This document shows, piece after piece, positions 36,135 to 46,172 of a DNA stretch of 64,000 nucleotides (the stretch's first letter is position 1; each line of letters begins with the position of its first letter). Source of the DNA: Minisyncoccota bacterium. Its GTDB lineage: Bacteria; Patescibacteriota; Minisyncoccia; Phycocordibacterales; UBA9973. A model generated the notes under the pieces. The model saw only the letters and a program-made list of their open reading frames with translations. It was not told the DNA's origin and made no database searches. Both the position numbers and the translations under genes were made by a program. The stretch is taken from NCBI GenBank assembly GCA_041675085.1, contig JBAYUN010000001.1, forward strand, positions 9,829 through 73,828, read 5' to 3'.

Positions 36135-37181
36135 TTAATCCGTCTCAGGCTTGCTAATTTCAAGCAATGAAAGTTCTGGAGAAGATCCTGCGATACGCAA
36201 GACGTCTTTGTCTATTTTCTTCAGTTCTTTGTTAGAAGCGTTATAGTGATTCACTACAGTGCCTAGGGCGTTACCAAGCTTGTTGTGATATTCATCATAG
36301 CTTTTTAAATGCTTGCCGAGGTCTTCTACTTTTTTAATTATCTCTTTTGCGGACTCTTCTATTTGCATAGCTTTTAATCCTTGTAAGACTGTTTGGAGAT
36401 AGGCAAGGAAAGAAGTAGGGGAAGTGATGATGACTTTATATTTACCGCTCGCTCTTTGGATAAGATTGTCGCCGTCTTCACTAGCTCCGACTTTGTTGGT
36501 TATTAAATCATAATAGATAGCTTCGTGAGGAATAAACATGAATGCAAAGTCAGTAGTACTCTTTGAAGGTTGAATATATTTTGAAGTTTCTACTATTCTA
36601 TTTTTGAGGTCATTTACGAAAACTGTCTCTAGTCTTTTCTTTTCTGTTGTTTCTTGTTCTTCTATCATTCTATTGTAATTCTCGAGAGAGAATTTAGAGT
36701 CTATTGGTATTATCTTGTCTTTGACGAATACAACAGCGTCGACAATAGTCCCGTCAGGGAAAGGGTATTGCATTTGATAGCTACCAGGAGGTAGTACGTT
36801 TTTCAAAACGGTCTCGAGATAGTATTCTCCTAGTATTCCGCGTTGCTTTGGATTACGTAAAATATTTTCCAAGCTTTGGAGTTGATCGGCAAAAGATACG
36901 ACTTGTTTATTGGTTTCGTCTAATTTGGTTAATTTTTCGGTGACGTCGCGGATTATTTTATTGGATTCGGTGGAATGGAATTGTAAACTCTCGCGGACTT
37001 GTTTGTGGCTTTCACCTATCTTCATATCGACTACACGGCCGAGTTCGTTGAGCTGAGTCAGTATTAATTGCAAGCCAGTATTATCTTCGGGATTGTTTTT
37101 CTTAAAAACTTTTTCTAATAGAAAATAAACTATGATTCCTCCAGCTACTATCCCTACAACTATTGTGATTATAAATTCCAT
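36135..37181 (-). CDS. rmuC: DNA recombination protein RmuC
   Basis: 348 aa; N-terminal TM, coiled coil, C-terminal 'VIITSPTSFLAYLQTV'. Confidence 0.8.
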   Translation of the reverse strand: MEFIITIVVGIVAGGIIVYFLLEKVFKKNNPEDNTGLQLILTQLNELGRVVDMKIGESHKQVRESLQFHSTESNKIIRDVTEKLTKLDETNKQVVSFADQLQSLENILRNPKQRGILGEYYLETVLKNVLPPGSYQMQYPFPDGTIVDAVVFVKDKIIPIDSKFSLENYNRMIEEQETTEKKRLETVFVNDLKNRIVETSKYIQPSKSTTDFAFMFIPHEAIYYDLITNKVGASEDGDNLIQRASGKYKVIITSPTSFLAYLQTVLQGLKAMQIEESAKEIIKKVEDLGKHLKSYDEYHNKLGNALGTVVNHYNASNKELKKIDKDVLRIAGSSPELSLLEISKPETD

Positions 37182-37191
37182 ATTTTTTTAA

Positions 37192-37908
37192 TTATTTATT
37201 TAAGTAATGTTTGAGTGTATAAATCCAGTCTTCTTCATTCTGATCGCTTTTCATTTTCTCGCCCAAGAGCCATTCGAGCCATCCGCGGTCAGTAGAGACT
37301 ACTTCTTCTATAGTTTTACCTTTATGCTTACCAAAATTTAATCTCTTGAAGATTGAAGGGTGAGAGGATATCTCTATCATTCTAGCTATTGCTTCTTCGT
37401 CATTTATATTTTCTGTAGTCTTGATTTTATTCTTAAGTCTATCGAAAAGTTTCTCTAAGACTAACACATCTCCAAATGCATCATGAGCAATAGCTTCTAT
37501 CTCTATATCGAGTGCATAACGCAAAAATTGCAGACGATAAGAAGAGAGTGACTCTTCGGGGTCGAGAGCTCGAGCAACGCGAAGGGTACAGATGAATTTC
37601 GCCACAGAGATATCTTCATTTTTGAGTATGCCGATGTCAAAAGGTGCATTGTGAGCTACAGAAATAGTCTCATTGCTCTCAAAAAGGTCTTTGAGATTTT
37701 TATAATCCTCACTTTCTTTAAAGAGAGGCTTGTCTTCTACCATTTTGTTAGAAATATGATGCACTGCCGAAGCCTCAGCAGGTATGCGTACAGGAGGTTT
37801 GTAGAGTTTATTAAATTCCAAATCATTATCTTTATAAGCTATTTGGCAAAGGTAGTCTTTATCGGTATTGCCAGTAGTCTCTGTATCAAAAAATATTATT
37901 TTATTCAT
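37192..37908 (-). CDS. DnaQ-like 3'-5' exonuclease with C-terminal KGK/WL (DUF3820-like) tail
   Basis: 238 aa; 'IFFDTETTGN' Exo I, 'VAHNAPFDIGIL' Exo II; C-terminal 'FGKHKGKTIEEV...WLEWL'. Confidence 0.75.
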   Translation of the reverse strand: MNKIIFFDTETTGNTDKDYLCQIAYKDNDLEFNKLYKPPVRIPAEASAVHHISNKMVEDKPLFKESEDYKNLKDLFESNETISVAHNAPFDIGILKNEDISVAKFICTLRVARALDPEESLSSYRLQFLRYALDIEIEAIAHDAFGDVLVLEKLFDRLKNKIKTTENINDEEAIARMIEISSHPSIFKRLNFGKHKGKTIEEVVSTDRGWLEWLLGEKMKSDQNEEDWIYTLKHYLNK

Positions 37909-37943
37909 TTCGTAATTATAACATATTTTGCTATAATTGATTT

Positions 37944-38393
37944 ATGTTACATGAACAAATAAAAAATGGAATAAAAGAAGCTATGATGGCCAAAGATACT
38001 GTTCGCCTCGAAGTTATGAGAGGTATGGTTACGGCTTTTATGAATGAACTCGTAGCTAAAAATCGCAAGCCAAATGAAATGCTAAATGATGAAGAAGTGA
38101 TAGCTGTTATAACTCGCTTAGCAAAACAAAGAAAAGATTCTATAGAGCAATTTAAACTCGGAGGTAGAGAAGACTTGGTGGTAGAAGAAGAAGCCCAACT
38201 CGCTATAATCTCGACTTATCTTCCAAAGATGATGGATGATGAAGAAGTAATCAAAATAATAAAAGCCAAGAAAGAAGAAATGAATATTACCGATCCGAAA
38301 GAAAAAGGTAAATTCGTGGGCGAGATAATGAAAGATTTAAAAGGTAAAGCAGATGGAGCTTTTATTAAAAAAGTTGTCGACTCTTTATTTTAA
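37944..38393 (+). CDS. yqeY: GatB/YqeY domain protein
   Basis: 149 aa; 'IKEAMMAKDTVRLEVMRGM...QRKDSIEQFKLGGREDL...GKADGAFIKKVV'. Confidence 0.85.
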   Translation: MLHEQIKNGIKEAMMAKDTVRLEVMRGMVTAFMNELVAKNRKPNEMLNDEEVIAVITRLAKQRKDSIEQFKLGGREDLVVEEEAQLAIISTYLPKMMDDEEVIKIIKAKKEEMNITDPKEKGKFVGEIMKDLKGKADGAFIKKVVDSLF

Positions 38394-38396
38394 TTT

Positions 38397-39347
38397 ATGA
38401 AAAATACTAAAAAACGTCTCGTAACACATAACGGAGCTTTTCATGCAGATGATCTTTTTGCTGCTGCGACTTTGATATTGATCATGGAAAAAGAAGGGTA
38501 TGAATACGAAATAGTCCGTACTCGCGATATGGAAGTTATTAATAAGGCGGATTATGTGTTTGACGTTGGAGGTATTTACAATAGAGAGACAAATAGGTAT
38601 GATCATCACCAGAAGGATAGTCCAGAAGGTAGAACTAGTGGTATACCTTATGCTTCTTTTGGTTTGGTCTGGAAAGATTTCGGTATGGCTCTATGTGGGG
38701 ACAATAAAGAAGTCTGGGAGATTATCGATAATGAGATAGCTTCTCCGATAGATGCGAATGATAACGGTATAGATGTAGTGAGTTTAAAATTCAAAAACGT
38801 AAAGCCTTACGCTGGTTCTCGAGTTTTTACTATCTATGAACCTACTTGGAAAGAGACCGAAAACCATATCGACCAAATATTCATCGACCAAGCCGTCAAA
38901 GTATCTTTGTTATTAAAAAGAGAAATACAAGTAGCCGAGCAAGACGTCGAAGGTATGAATCTTATCAAAAAGTCTTATGAGATTGCAGAAGATAAAAGAG
39001 TTGTAGTTCTAGATACTTCTTTACCGAGATATTTGTATCAGCAAGTCTTATCTTCATTTAGCGAACCTGTATATCTGATCTCTCCTAGCAGTCATGGTAC
39101 AAGTTATAAAGTTGAAGCTATTACTAAAAGTCCTGAGACTATGCAAAGTCGCAAACCTTTCCCTTTATCTTGGAGAGGAATTCTAGGAGGAGCGAATGCT
39201 TTAGAGATTACAGGAATAGCAGGAGTCTTGTTTGTGCACAATAGTGGATTCTTGGCCAACTTAGATACAAAAGAAAACGCATTAAAATTCGCATACAAAT
39301 CATTATCAATAAAAGAAAAGTTTTCTTTTAAAAATTTATTTAAATAA
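38397..39347 (+). CDS. MYG1 (UPF0160) family metal-dependent hydrolase
   Basis: 316 aa; 'VTHNGAFHADDLFAAATL', 'DHHQ'. Confidence 0.8.
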   Translation: MKNTKKRLVTHNGAFHADDLFAAATLILIMEKEGYEYEIVRTRDMEVINKADYVFDVGGIYNRETNRYDHHQKDSPEGRTSGIPYASFGLVWKDFGMALCGDNKEVWEIIDNEIASPIDANDNGIDVVSLKFKNVKPYAGSRVFTIYEPTWKETENHIDQIFIDQAVKVSLLLKREIQVAEQDVEGMNLIKKSYEIAEDKRVVVLDTSLPRYLYQQVLSSFSEPVYLISPSSHGTSYKVEAITKSPETMQSRKPFPLSWRGILGGANALEITGIAGVLFVHNSGFLANLDTKENALKFAYKSLSIKEKFSFKNLFK

Positions 39348-39467
39348 AAAAAATATACTTGTCCCGTACTAAATTTTTGATTATTGTAAATTATGAAAAA
39401 ATAAGGTTTTGTGCAATAATGAAAGAGTTGAAAACTATTAATAACAAATTAAAATTATAGTACTGGG

Positions 39468-40472
39468 ATGGCATTCATTGATGAAATTAAAATACATGGA
39501 GAAGCGGGTAAGGGTGGTAACGGAGTTGTTCGTTGGCGTCAAGAGAAATTCATAGAGAAGGGAGGACCGGCGGGAGGCGACGGTGGACGCGGAGGTGACT
39601 TTTTCGTCCTAGCTGTGAGAGACATAAATATTCTTCATAAATATAAAGCCAAGAAAATATTCAAAGCGGAAGACGGAGGTAACGGTGGAGGTAAAAGTCT
39701 CCACGGTGCTAACGGGAAAGATATGGTTCTCGAGCTTCCTATCGGGACTGTGGTTACCAATACTGGTACTGGTGAGCGTTGGCAGCTACTTCATGAAGGG
39801 GAGAAGTTTTTGATATTGAAAGGCGGATATGGCGGATATGGCAATGAGCATTTTAAAAGTTCTACAAATACAACACCCGAAGAATCTAACGACGGAGGCC
39901 CAGGAGAAGTAGGGGATTTTCATATTGAACTCGAACTTATCGCTGATATTGGACTTGTCGGATATCCTAATGCTGGCAAATCTTCACTTTTGAATTCTAT
40001 TACTCGCGCGGATGCAAAAGTTGGTGACTATGCTTTTACTACACTCGACCCAAATTTGGGAGAATTTTATGGATACATCATAGCCGATATTCCAGGTATT
40101 ATCGAAGGCGCTAGTGAAGGTAAAGGTCTCGGTATTAAATTCCTAAGACACGTAAAGCGTACTAAAATCTTAGCGCATCTAGTATCTTTCGAGAATACAA
40201 ATATGCTAAAAAGCTACAAAGAGATTCGTAAAGAATTAGAAGCTTTCGATAAGAAGAATCAAAATATAGATATCGATGATGAGACTGACCTAGCAGATAA
40301 AGAAGAAATAATTATTCTGACTAAAAGCGACGTAGTAGATAATCCGAAAATTATAGATAAAGCCTTGAAGGATTTTGAAAAATTAGGCAAGAAAGTTTTT
40401 GTTTTGTCTCTCTATGATGATAAGTCTGTAAAGAAATTTATGGATGAATTAATAAAAATATTAAAGAAATAA
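39468..40472 (+). CDS. obg: GTPase Obg
   Basis: 334 aa; Gly-rich Obg fold 'GGNGVVRWRQEKF...GGDGGRGGD'; G1 'GYPNAGKSS'. Confidence 0.95.
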   Translation: MAFIDEIKIHGEAGKGGNGVVRWRQEKFIEKGGPAGGDGGRGGDFFVLAVRDINILHKYKAKKIFKAEDGGNGGGKSLHGANGKDMVLELPIGTVVTNTGTGERWQLLHEGEKFLILKGGYGGYGNEHFKSSTNTTPEESNDGGPGEVGDFHIELELIADIGLVGYPNAGKSSLLNSITRADAKVGDYAFTTLDPNLGEFYGYIIADIPGIIEGASEGKGLGIKFLRHVKRTKILAHLVSFENTNMLKSYKEIRKELEAFDKKNQNIDIDDETDLADKEEIIILTKSDVVDNPKIIDKALKDFEKLGKKVFVLSLYDDKSVKKFMDELIKILKK

Positions 40473-40479
40473 AAATAAT

Positions 40480-41910
40480 ATGGAGAAAAAATATTATGTA
40501 ACAATCGGACTTGAAATACATGCAGAGTTAAATACAAAGACCAAGATGTTTTGCTCTTGTGCGAATGACCCCGAAGAGACCGAACCCAATAAGAATATCT
40601 GCCCGGTTTGTATGGCTCATCCGGGAGCTTTACCTGTACCTAACAAAAAAGCTATTGAGAACGTAGTCAAAGTCGGTCTCGCTATTGGAGCCGATATCGC
40701 TGACTTTTCAGAATTCGACCGCAAGAATTATTTTTATCCTGATATACCGAAAGGTTATCAGATTTCTCAACTTAAATATCCTATAGTCAAAGGTGGGGCG
40801 CTAGCGGACATGACTATCACTCGTATTCATTTAGAAGAAGATACAGCCAACAACAAACATGACCGTGGAGATTTCTCTTTGATAGATTTCAATCGTGCTG
40901 GTGTGCCTCTTATGGAACTCGTGACTGATTCACATACTTTTGATACTGCACTCGAGGCTTCTCAGGTAGCGAGTAATTTTGCTCGTGAATATCAATTACT
41001 TTTGCAATACCTTGGAGTATCCGATGCCAATATGGAAAAAGGTGAGATGCGTGTCGAGGCGAACGTATCTATTTCTCCGGTGCGTGACGAACTCTGGAAA
41101 GGTTACGTAGAGGTTAAAAACTTGAACTCTTTCAAGACTGTAGAGCGCGCTATTTTATACGAAGTAGAACGCATGACTGAACTCTGGGAAAAGGGAATGC
41201 AGGACGAGATAGTCAAAGAGACTCGAGGTTGGGACGAAGCAAAACAAAAGACAATAAGTCAGAGAAAGAAAGAGTCTAGCGAAGACTATAGATATTTCCC
41301 TGATCCTGATTTAGCTAAAATGGAATTACATAAAGTTTTTGATTTAGAAAAAATGAAGAGCGAGCTTCCAGAATTGCCAGTAGGCAAAAGAGCGAGATAC
41401 AAAGCTGATTATGGAATCAAAGACGAAGATATTGAGATATATATCAACAATAAAGACCTAGCTCTGTACTTTGAAGAAGTTGCAAAGATTTTGAATAACT
41501 TAGAGAAGATTAAAACTGCTTCAAACTATATCCTGACTGACTATATTGGTATCAAGAAAGCGAACACAGAAGCCAAGCTTCCTAGTCAAAAGAATTTCGC
41601 CGAACTTATAACTTTAGCCGTAGAAGGTCAGATTTCTTCTCGTGTAGCTAAAGATATCCTCGCTATGATTGTAGTAGAGGACGCTTCACCTTTAAAAATA
41701 GCCGAAGAGAAAAACTTGATTCAAAAGAATGACGAAAGCGAAATAAAAGGAATAGTAGAGAAAATAATCTCCGAGAATCCTGAAGTCGTAGCGACGTATA
41801 AATCTGGAAAAGAAAACGCAATTATGTCTCTAGTAGGTAAAGTGATAAAAGAATCAAATGGCTCCGCAAATCCTCAGATGGTTATCAAGCTTTTGAAGGA
41901 GTTGATATAA
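40480..41910 (+). CDS. gatB: Asp-tRNA(Asn)/Glu-tRNA(Gln) amidotransferase subunit B
   Basis: 476 aa; 'IGLEIHAELNTKTKMFCSC'; C-terminal YqeY-like tail. Confidence 0.95.
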   Translation: MEKKYYVTIGLEIHAELNTKTKMFCSCANDPEETEPNKNICPVCMAHPGALPVPNKKAIENVVKVGLAIGADIADFSEFDRKNYFYPDIPKGYQISQLKYPIVKGGALADMTITRIHLEEDTANNKHDRGDFSLIDFNRAGVPLMELVTDSHTFDTALEASQVASNFAREYQLLLQYLGVSDANMEKGEMRVEANVSISPVRDELWKGYVEVKNLNSFKTVERAILYEVERMTELWEKGMQDEIVKETRGWDEAKQKTISQRKKESSEDYRYFPDPDLAKMELHKVFDLEKMKSELPELPVGKRARYKADYGIKDEDIEIYINNKDLALYFEEVAKILNNLEKIKTASNYILTDYIGIKKANTEAKLPSQKNFAELITLAVEGQISSRVAKDILAMIVVEDASPLKIAEEKNLIQKNDESEIKGIVEKIISENPEVVATYKSGKENAIMSLVGKVIKESNGSANPQMVIKLLKELI

Positions 41911-41933
41911 GAATTGACTTAACTCTATAAGTT

Positions 41934-42677
41934 TTGTATAGTTTTAGTGATAAAATTTGTTCACAACACAATTTAAATTCTTTTACAATGAAATACAGTG
42001 ATAATCCCATTGAAGACGAACTTTTTCATAGAACACATCGTTTAATGGAGGAGTATGAACATTTCTTATGCTCAAATAACGGTGTTTATAGTTTAAATGC
42101 TCATCAGTGTTTAATGTATGCTCACTTTCCTTATTTGGGTGATAAAAAAAGACAAATTATCTTACCTATGCCTAGAGAAAAATGGTATCCATCTAATGCA
42201 TGTTTAGATCTAGAAAATTTTCATGCTGAAAATGGAACTTTGTGGCCAAGCATGTCTCATTATAATTATTCTATGGATTCATGTATAAATGAATTTCCAG
42301 GATTACTTTGTTTTGGGTATGCTGTTTGTGCTGAGGAATTATTTCCATGTGCATTTTTTGTAAATTTTTTACTTACAGGAGAAATTCCAGGTTCTGACGA
42401 TAAATTTCCTGAAGAATGGGCTATAGATCCTATGGGTATTGCATCAGGTAAAAAACCTGAATGTTACATAGGAGTTAGTCCTAAAATTGAAGATGTTCAA
42501 GATTGGATTTTAAGCAAAACAGTGCATCCACTCGAAGCTTGGGCTAAAGATAGAAATTCTGATATTTTAGAGAGTAGAAATATTGAAAAGGAGATTTATC
42601 TATATCACCAAAGTGTTGTAAACAATCTTGAACCAGGAACGCAAGAACAGTATATTAAATGGTTAGATTTTTCTTAA
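41934..42677 (+). CDS. hypothetical Cys/His/aromatic-rich protein
   Basis: 247 aa (or 229 aa from Met at 41988); 12 Cys and many His/Trp/Tyr/Phe; no recognisable family. Confidence 0.5.
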   Translation: MYSFSDKICSQHNLNSFTMKYSDNPIEDELFHRTHRLMEEYEHFLCSNNGVYSLNAHQCLMYAHFPYLGDKKRQIILPMPREKWYPSNACLDLENFHAENGTLWPSMSHYNYSMDSCINEFPGLLCFGYAVCAEELFPCAFFVNFLLTGEIPGSDDKFPEEWAIDPMGIASGKKPECYIGVSPKIEDVQDWILSKTVHPLEAWAKDRNSDILESRNIEKEIYLYHQSVVNNLEPGTQEQYIKWLDFS

Positions 42678-42773
42678 AGAACAGATAATGGAAGCAAATT
42701 AAAAATTTTGTTTAGAATATAAGAAAGAAGAAGTTCTACCTTTCTAGGCAAGTCTTTCGAAGACATACATGTT

Positions 42774-42806
42774 AAAAACCTCTATTGATTTAGAGGTTTT
42801 TTATTT
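42774..42806 (+). terminator. rho-independent terminator
   Basis: AAACCTCTA-ttgatt-TAGAGGTTT followed by TTTATTT. Confidence 0.8.
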
Positions 42807-42835
42807 GCCTAATAGATTTATGTTATAATATCTCT

Positions 42836-43702
42836 ATGAAATCATTACGTGAATATATAAAAGAAGCAGGGGAAAAGGGAGTTGCTATTGGGCATTTTAA
42901 TATTTCAAATTTAGAAGGTTTGCATGGGATTTATAATGCTGCAAAGAAATTAAACTTACCGGTTATTATCGGAGTTTCAGAAGGTGAAGAATCTTTCGTT
43001 GGGCTCAATCAAGTTGTGGCTCTGGTGCGCTCTATAAGAGAGCAAGATAATTATCCAATATTCTTAAATGCTGATCATCATGCTAGTTTTGAGAGAGTGA
43101 AGGCCTGTATTGATGCGGGTTTTGATATGGTTATTATCGACGGAGCACATTTGCCTTATGAAGAGAATGTCGCTCTGACTAAGCAATGCGTAGAATATGC
43201 ACGCGAAGTTTTTACTAATTCTGGACGTGAGGTCCTCGTAGAAGCCGAGCTTGGTTATATCGGTTCAGGATCAAATATCAAAGAGACTATTCCCGAAGGT
43301 GCAGGGATTCTAACTAGTCCTGAAGAAGCAAAGAGATTTGCCGACGATACAGGTATAGATTTACTAGCTCCGTCTATTGGGTCTGTGCACGGACTTATCA
43401 AAAGCGGCAAGCCTCATATCGACGCCGAACGTACAAAAGAAATTAAAGCGATAACAAATCTACCTTTAGTTCTTCACGGAGGATCAGGTCTTCGCGACGA
43501 AGATTTTGTAAACGCTATAAAAGCCGGTGTAAATATTGTGCATATCAATAGTGAGATACGTCTAGGTTGGAAAGAGGCTGTAGAAGAATTCATAAAAAAT
43601 AATCCAAACGAAATCAATCCGTCTAAAATCTTAGAGCCAGCAAAAAATGCTATAGAAAAAATAGTAGAAGAAAGATTAAGACTTTTTAATATGATTAAAT
43701 AA
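42836..43702 (+). CDS. fba: class II fructose-bisphosphate aldolase
   Basis: 288 aa; 'LNADHHASFE', 'GFDMVIIDGAHLP', 'LVLHGGSG'. Confidence 0.85.
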   Translation: MKSLREYIKEAGEKGVAIGHFNISNLEGLHGIYNAAKKLNLPVIIGVSEGEESFVGLNQVVALVRSIREQDNYPIFLNADHHASFERVKACIDAGFDMVIIDGAHLPYEENVALTKQCVEYAREVFTNSGREVLVEAELGYIGSGSNIKETIPEGAGILTSPEEAKRFADDTGIDLLAPSIGSVHGLIKSGKPHIDAERTKEIKAITNLPLVLHGGSGLRDEDFVNAIKAGVNIVHINSEIRLGWKEAVEEFIKNNPNEINPSKILEPAKNAIEKIVEERLRLFNMIK

Positions 43703-43707
43703 AAATT

Positions 43708-45474
43708 ATGCAAGAAGAAATAAAAAAGTTTTTTAAGGGAGATATTGAAAATAGTGATGAAGTCCTGACCAAGTATTCTCACGATGCTTCTGTTTTGGAA
43801 GTACGTCCGGAGTTAGTTTTATTTCCAAAAGATTCTGAAGATGTAAAGAACTTGGTAAAATGGGTGAATGAAAACAAGTCTATTTATCCAAATCTAGCGA
43901 TAACTCCTCGTTCTGCGGGGACTTGTATGTCGGGAGGTTCAATAGGAGAATCTATTATTTTAGATTTTACTCGCTACATGAATCAGCTCGTAAAAGAACC
44001 TGAGAAGATAAAAAATTCTCTCGGTCCTCGGGTCGCTTTGCTCAACCAGACACTCGAGAATTCTTCATCTTCTCAGGCAGAAGGTGTTATTACAGTACAA
44101 CCTGGCATGTATTATAGAGACTTTGAAAAAATAACTCTTGAAAAAGGTATGATACTGCCTTGTTTTACTGCTTCTAAAAATTTGAATGCCGTCGGGGGAA
44201 TGTATGGTAATAATTCTGCTGGAGAGCGTACTTTGTCTTATGGTAAGACTGAGAATTTTGTAAATCAAGCTAAAGTAATTTTTACTGATGGTAATGAATA
44301 CGTAGTGCGTCCTCTTTCTAAAAAAGAATTAGAAGCTAAAATTGCTCAAGGCGATTTTGAAGGAAATGTTTACAAGAATGTTTATGAATTAATTTTAAAT
44401 AATAAAGAAGAGATAGTAAAAGCTAAACCAAATGTTAGCAAGAACTCAGCGGGTTACTATCTTTGGAATGTGGTGGATTTTATGGGTACGCGTGGAGAGG
44501 ATAATTATTTTGATCTCAATAGACTTCTGGTTGGTTCTCAAGGTACTCTCGGTATAACTACAGAGATAACTTTTAGACTGGTGAGTGAAGCAAAATACAG
44601 AAAATTATTGGTTATTTTCTTGCGTGATATAAAAATCTTGCCTGGCTTAGTGAATAAAATCTTAAAACACAAACCAGAGACTTTAGAATCCTATGATGAC
44701 AAGACTTTCTTCCTTGTATTAAAGTACATAGTAGATTTTATAAAAATGCTTGGCTTTAAAAATTTATTCAAACTTATCTTATCTTTTGGTCCTGAGACTT
44801 TGATGACTTTGCGTCACGGTTTCCCAAAATTAATATTACTTGTAGAATTTGCAGGCGATGATGAGAAGTTGGTAAATGAGCAAGCAATGAATGCATATCA
44901 AGAATTGAAACATGTGAATAAAATAGGTATTCATCTAACTCGCAATGATTTTGAAGCCAAAAAATATTGGACTATTCGTCACGAAGCTTTCAATCTAATT
45001 CGTTATCATTTGAAAAAAGTAAAATCCAAACCTTTCATAGATGACGTTGTGGTTCGTCCTGAAAAATTACCAGAATTCTTCCCTCGACTTTATGAGATTT
45101 TAAATCATTATAAAAAAGATATGACTTTTGCTATCGGCGGGCATGCAGGAGACGGCAATCTTCATATTTACACTTTACTTAATCCAAAAGACCCAAAGAT
45201 CAAGTTGGTAATAGAAGAAGTCTCGGAGAAAGTTTATTCTCTGGTCAACGAACTCGGAGGTTCCAATACTGCCGAGCATAATGATGGATTAGTGCGTAGT
45301 GCTTTTTTGCCGAAAATGTATAATGAAAATATTATCAATTTATTTAAAGAAGCAAAAGAGATTTTTGACCCGAAATACTTCTTGAATCCAGGTAAAAAAG
45401 TACCTCTAAAAGACGGAGGATTGGGAACTAGAGAATACTTAGACGCTCATATAAGCATAGATAAGTCATACTAG
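43708..45474 (+). CDS. FAD-binding (FAD-linked oxidase/GlcD-like) oxidoreductase
   Basis: 588 aa; FAD_binding_4-type N-domain 'AITPRSAGTCMSGGSIGESIILDF'. Confidence 0.7.
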   Translation: MQEEIKKFFKGDIENSDEVLTKYSHDASVLEVRPELVLFPKDSEDVKNLVKWVNENKSIYPNLAITPRSAGTCMSGGSIGESIILDFTRYMNQLVKEPEKIKNSLGPRVALLNQTLENSSSSQAEGVITVQPGMYYRDFEKITLEKGMILPCFTASKNLNAVGGMYGNNSAGERTLSYGKTENFVNQAKVIFTDGNEYVVRPLSKKELEAKIAQGDFEGNVYKNVYELILNNKEEIVKAKPNVSKNSAGYYLWNVVDFMGTRGEDNYFDLNRLLVGSQGTLGITTEITFRLVSEAKYRKLLVIFLRDIKILPGLVNKILKHKPETLESYDDKTFFLVLKYIVDFIKMLGFKNLFKLILSFGPETLMTLRHGFPKLILLVEFAGDDEKLVNEQAMNAYQELKHVNKIGIHLTRNDFEAKKYWTIRHEAFNLIRYHLKKVKSKPFIDDVVVRPEKLPEFFPRLYEILNHYKKDMTFAIGGHAGDGNLHIYTLLNPKDPKIKLVIEEVSEKVYSLVNELGGSNTAEHNDGLVRSAFLPKMYNENIINLFKEAKEIFDPKYFLNPGKKVPLKDGGLGTREYLDAHISIDKSY

Positions 45475-45518
45475 GGATTTATTTGCTTTCTTTATAATTT
45501 TAATATATAATCATACCC

Positions 45519-46142
45519 ATGTTTGAAATAAAAGCGAAAAAAAGAAATTTAAAAGATATTTTACCAAAAGAAGACATAATGGCTGTTTACTACGGAGCCG
45601 GAGTAAATAGTACTTCTATCAGTATTAACCTAAACGAATTCAAAAAAGTTTGGGAAAAAGCTGGTGAATCTACTGCTATTAAATTGTCAGTAGAAGGAAC
45701 TGTTGTGAACGTTTTGATTCATGATATTCAATTAAATCCTATCACTAACTTTCCTACACACGTAGATTTTCTAGTTATTGATATGAACAAGACAGTTGTC
45801 GTATCTGTACCTCTAGAATTCGTTGGTGTTTCTCCTGCTGTTAAATCAGGCCTTGGTATTTTGGTAAAAGTGCTTCACGAAGTTGAAGTTGAAGCTTTAC
45901 CGAAAGATTTACCTCAAGTTATCGAAGTTGATATTTCTCCACTTGTAGATCTAGATAGTTCTATCTTAGTTTCAAATCTAGTATTTCCAAAAGGTGTTAC
46001 TGCTGTAGCCGAAATGGAAGAAGTAGTAGCAGCTATTACTCCACAAAAAGAAGAAGTTGAGACAAACACTCCAATAGACTTATCTGCTATCGAAGTTGAA
46101 AAGAAAGGCAAGAAAGAAGAGGATGTGGATAATGCCGGCTAA
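45519..46142 (+). CDS. rplY: 50S ribosomal protein L25/general stress protein Ctc
   Basis: 207 aa; L25 beta-barrel region plus Ctc-type C-terminal extension. Confidence 0.75.
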   Translation: MFEIKAKKRNLKDILPKEDIMAVYYGAGVNSTSISINLNEFKKVWEKAGESTAIKLSVEGTVVNVLIHDIQLNPITNFPTHVDFLVIDMNKTVVVSVPLEFVGVSPAVKSGLGILVKVLHEVEVEALPKDLPQVIEVDISPLVDLDSSILVSNLVFPKGVTAVAEMEEVVAAITPQKEEVETNTPIDLSAIEVEKKGKKEEDVDNAG

Positions 46143-46172
46143 ATAATCTCAAAATATGTTATAATAAGAACT

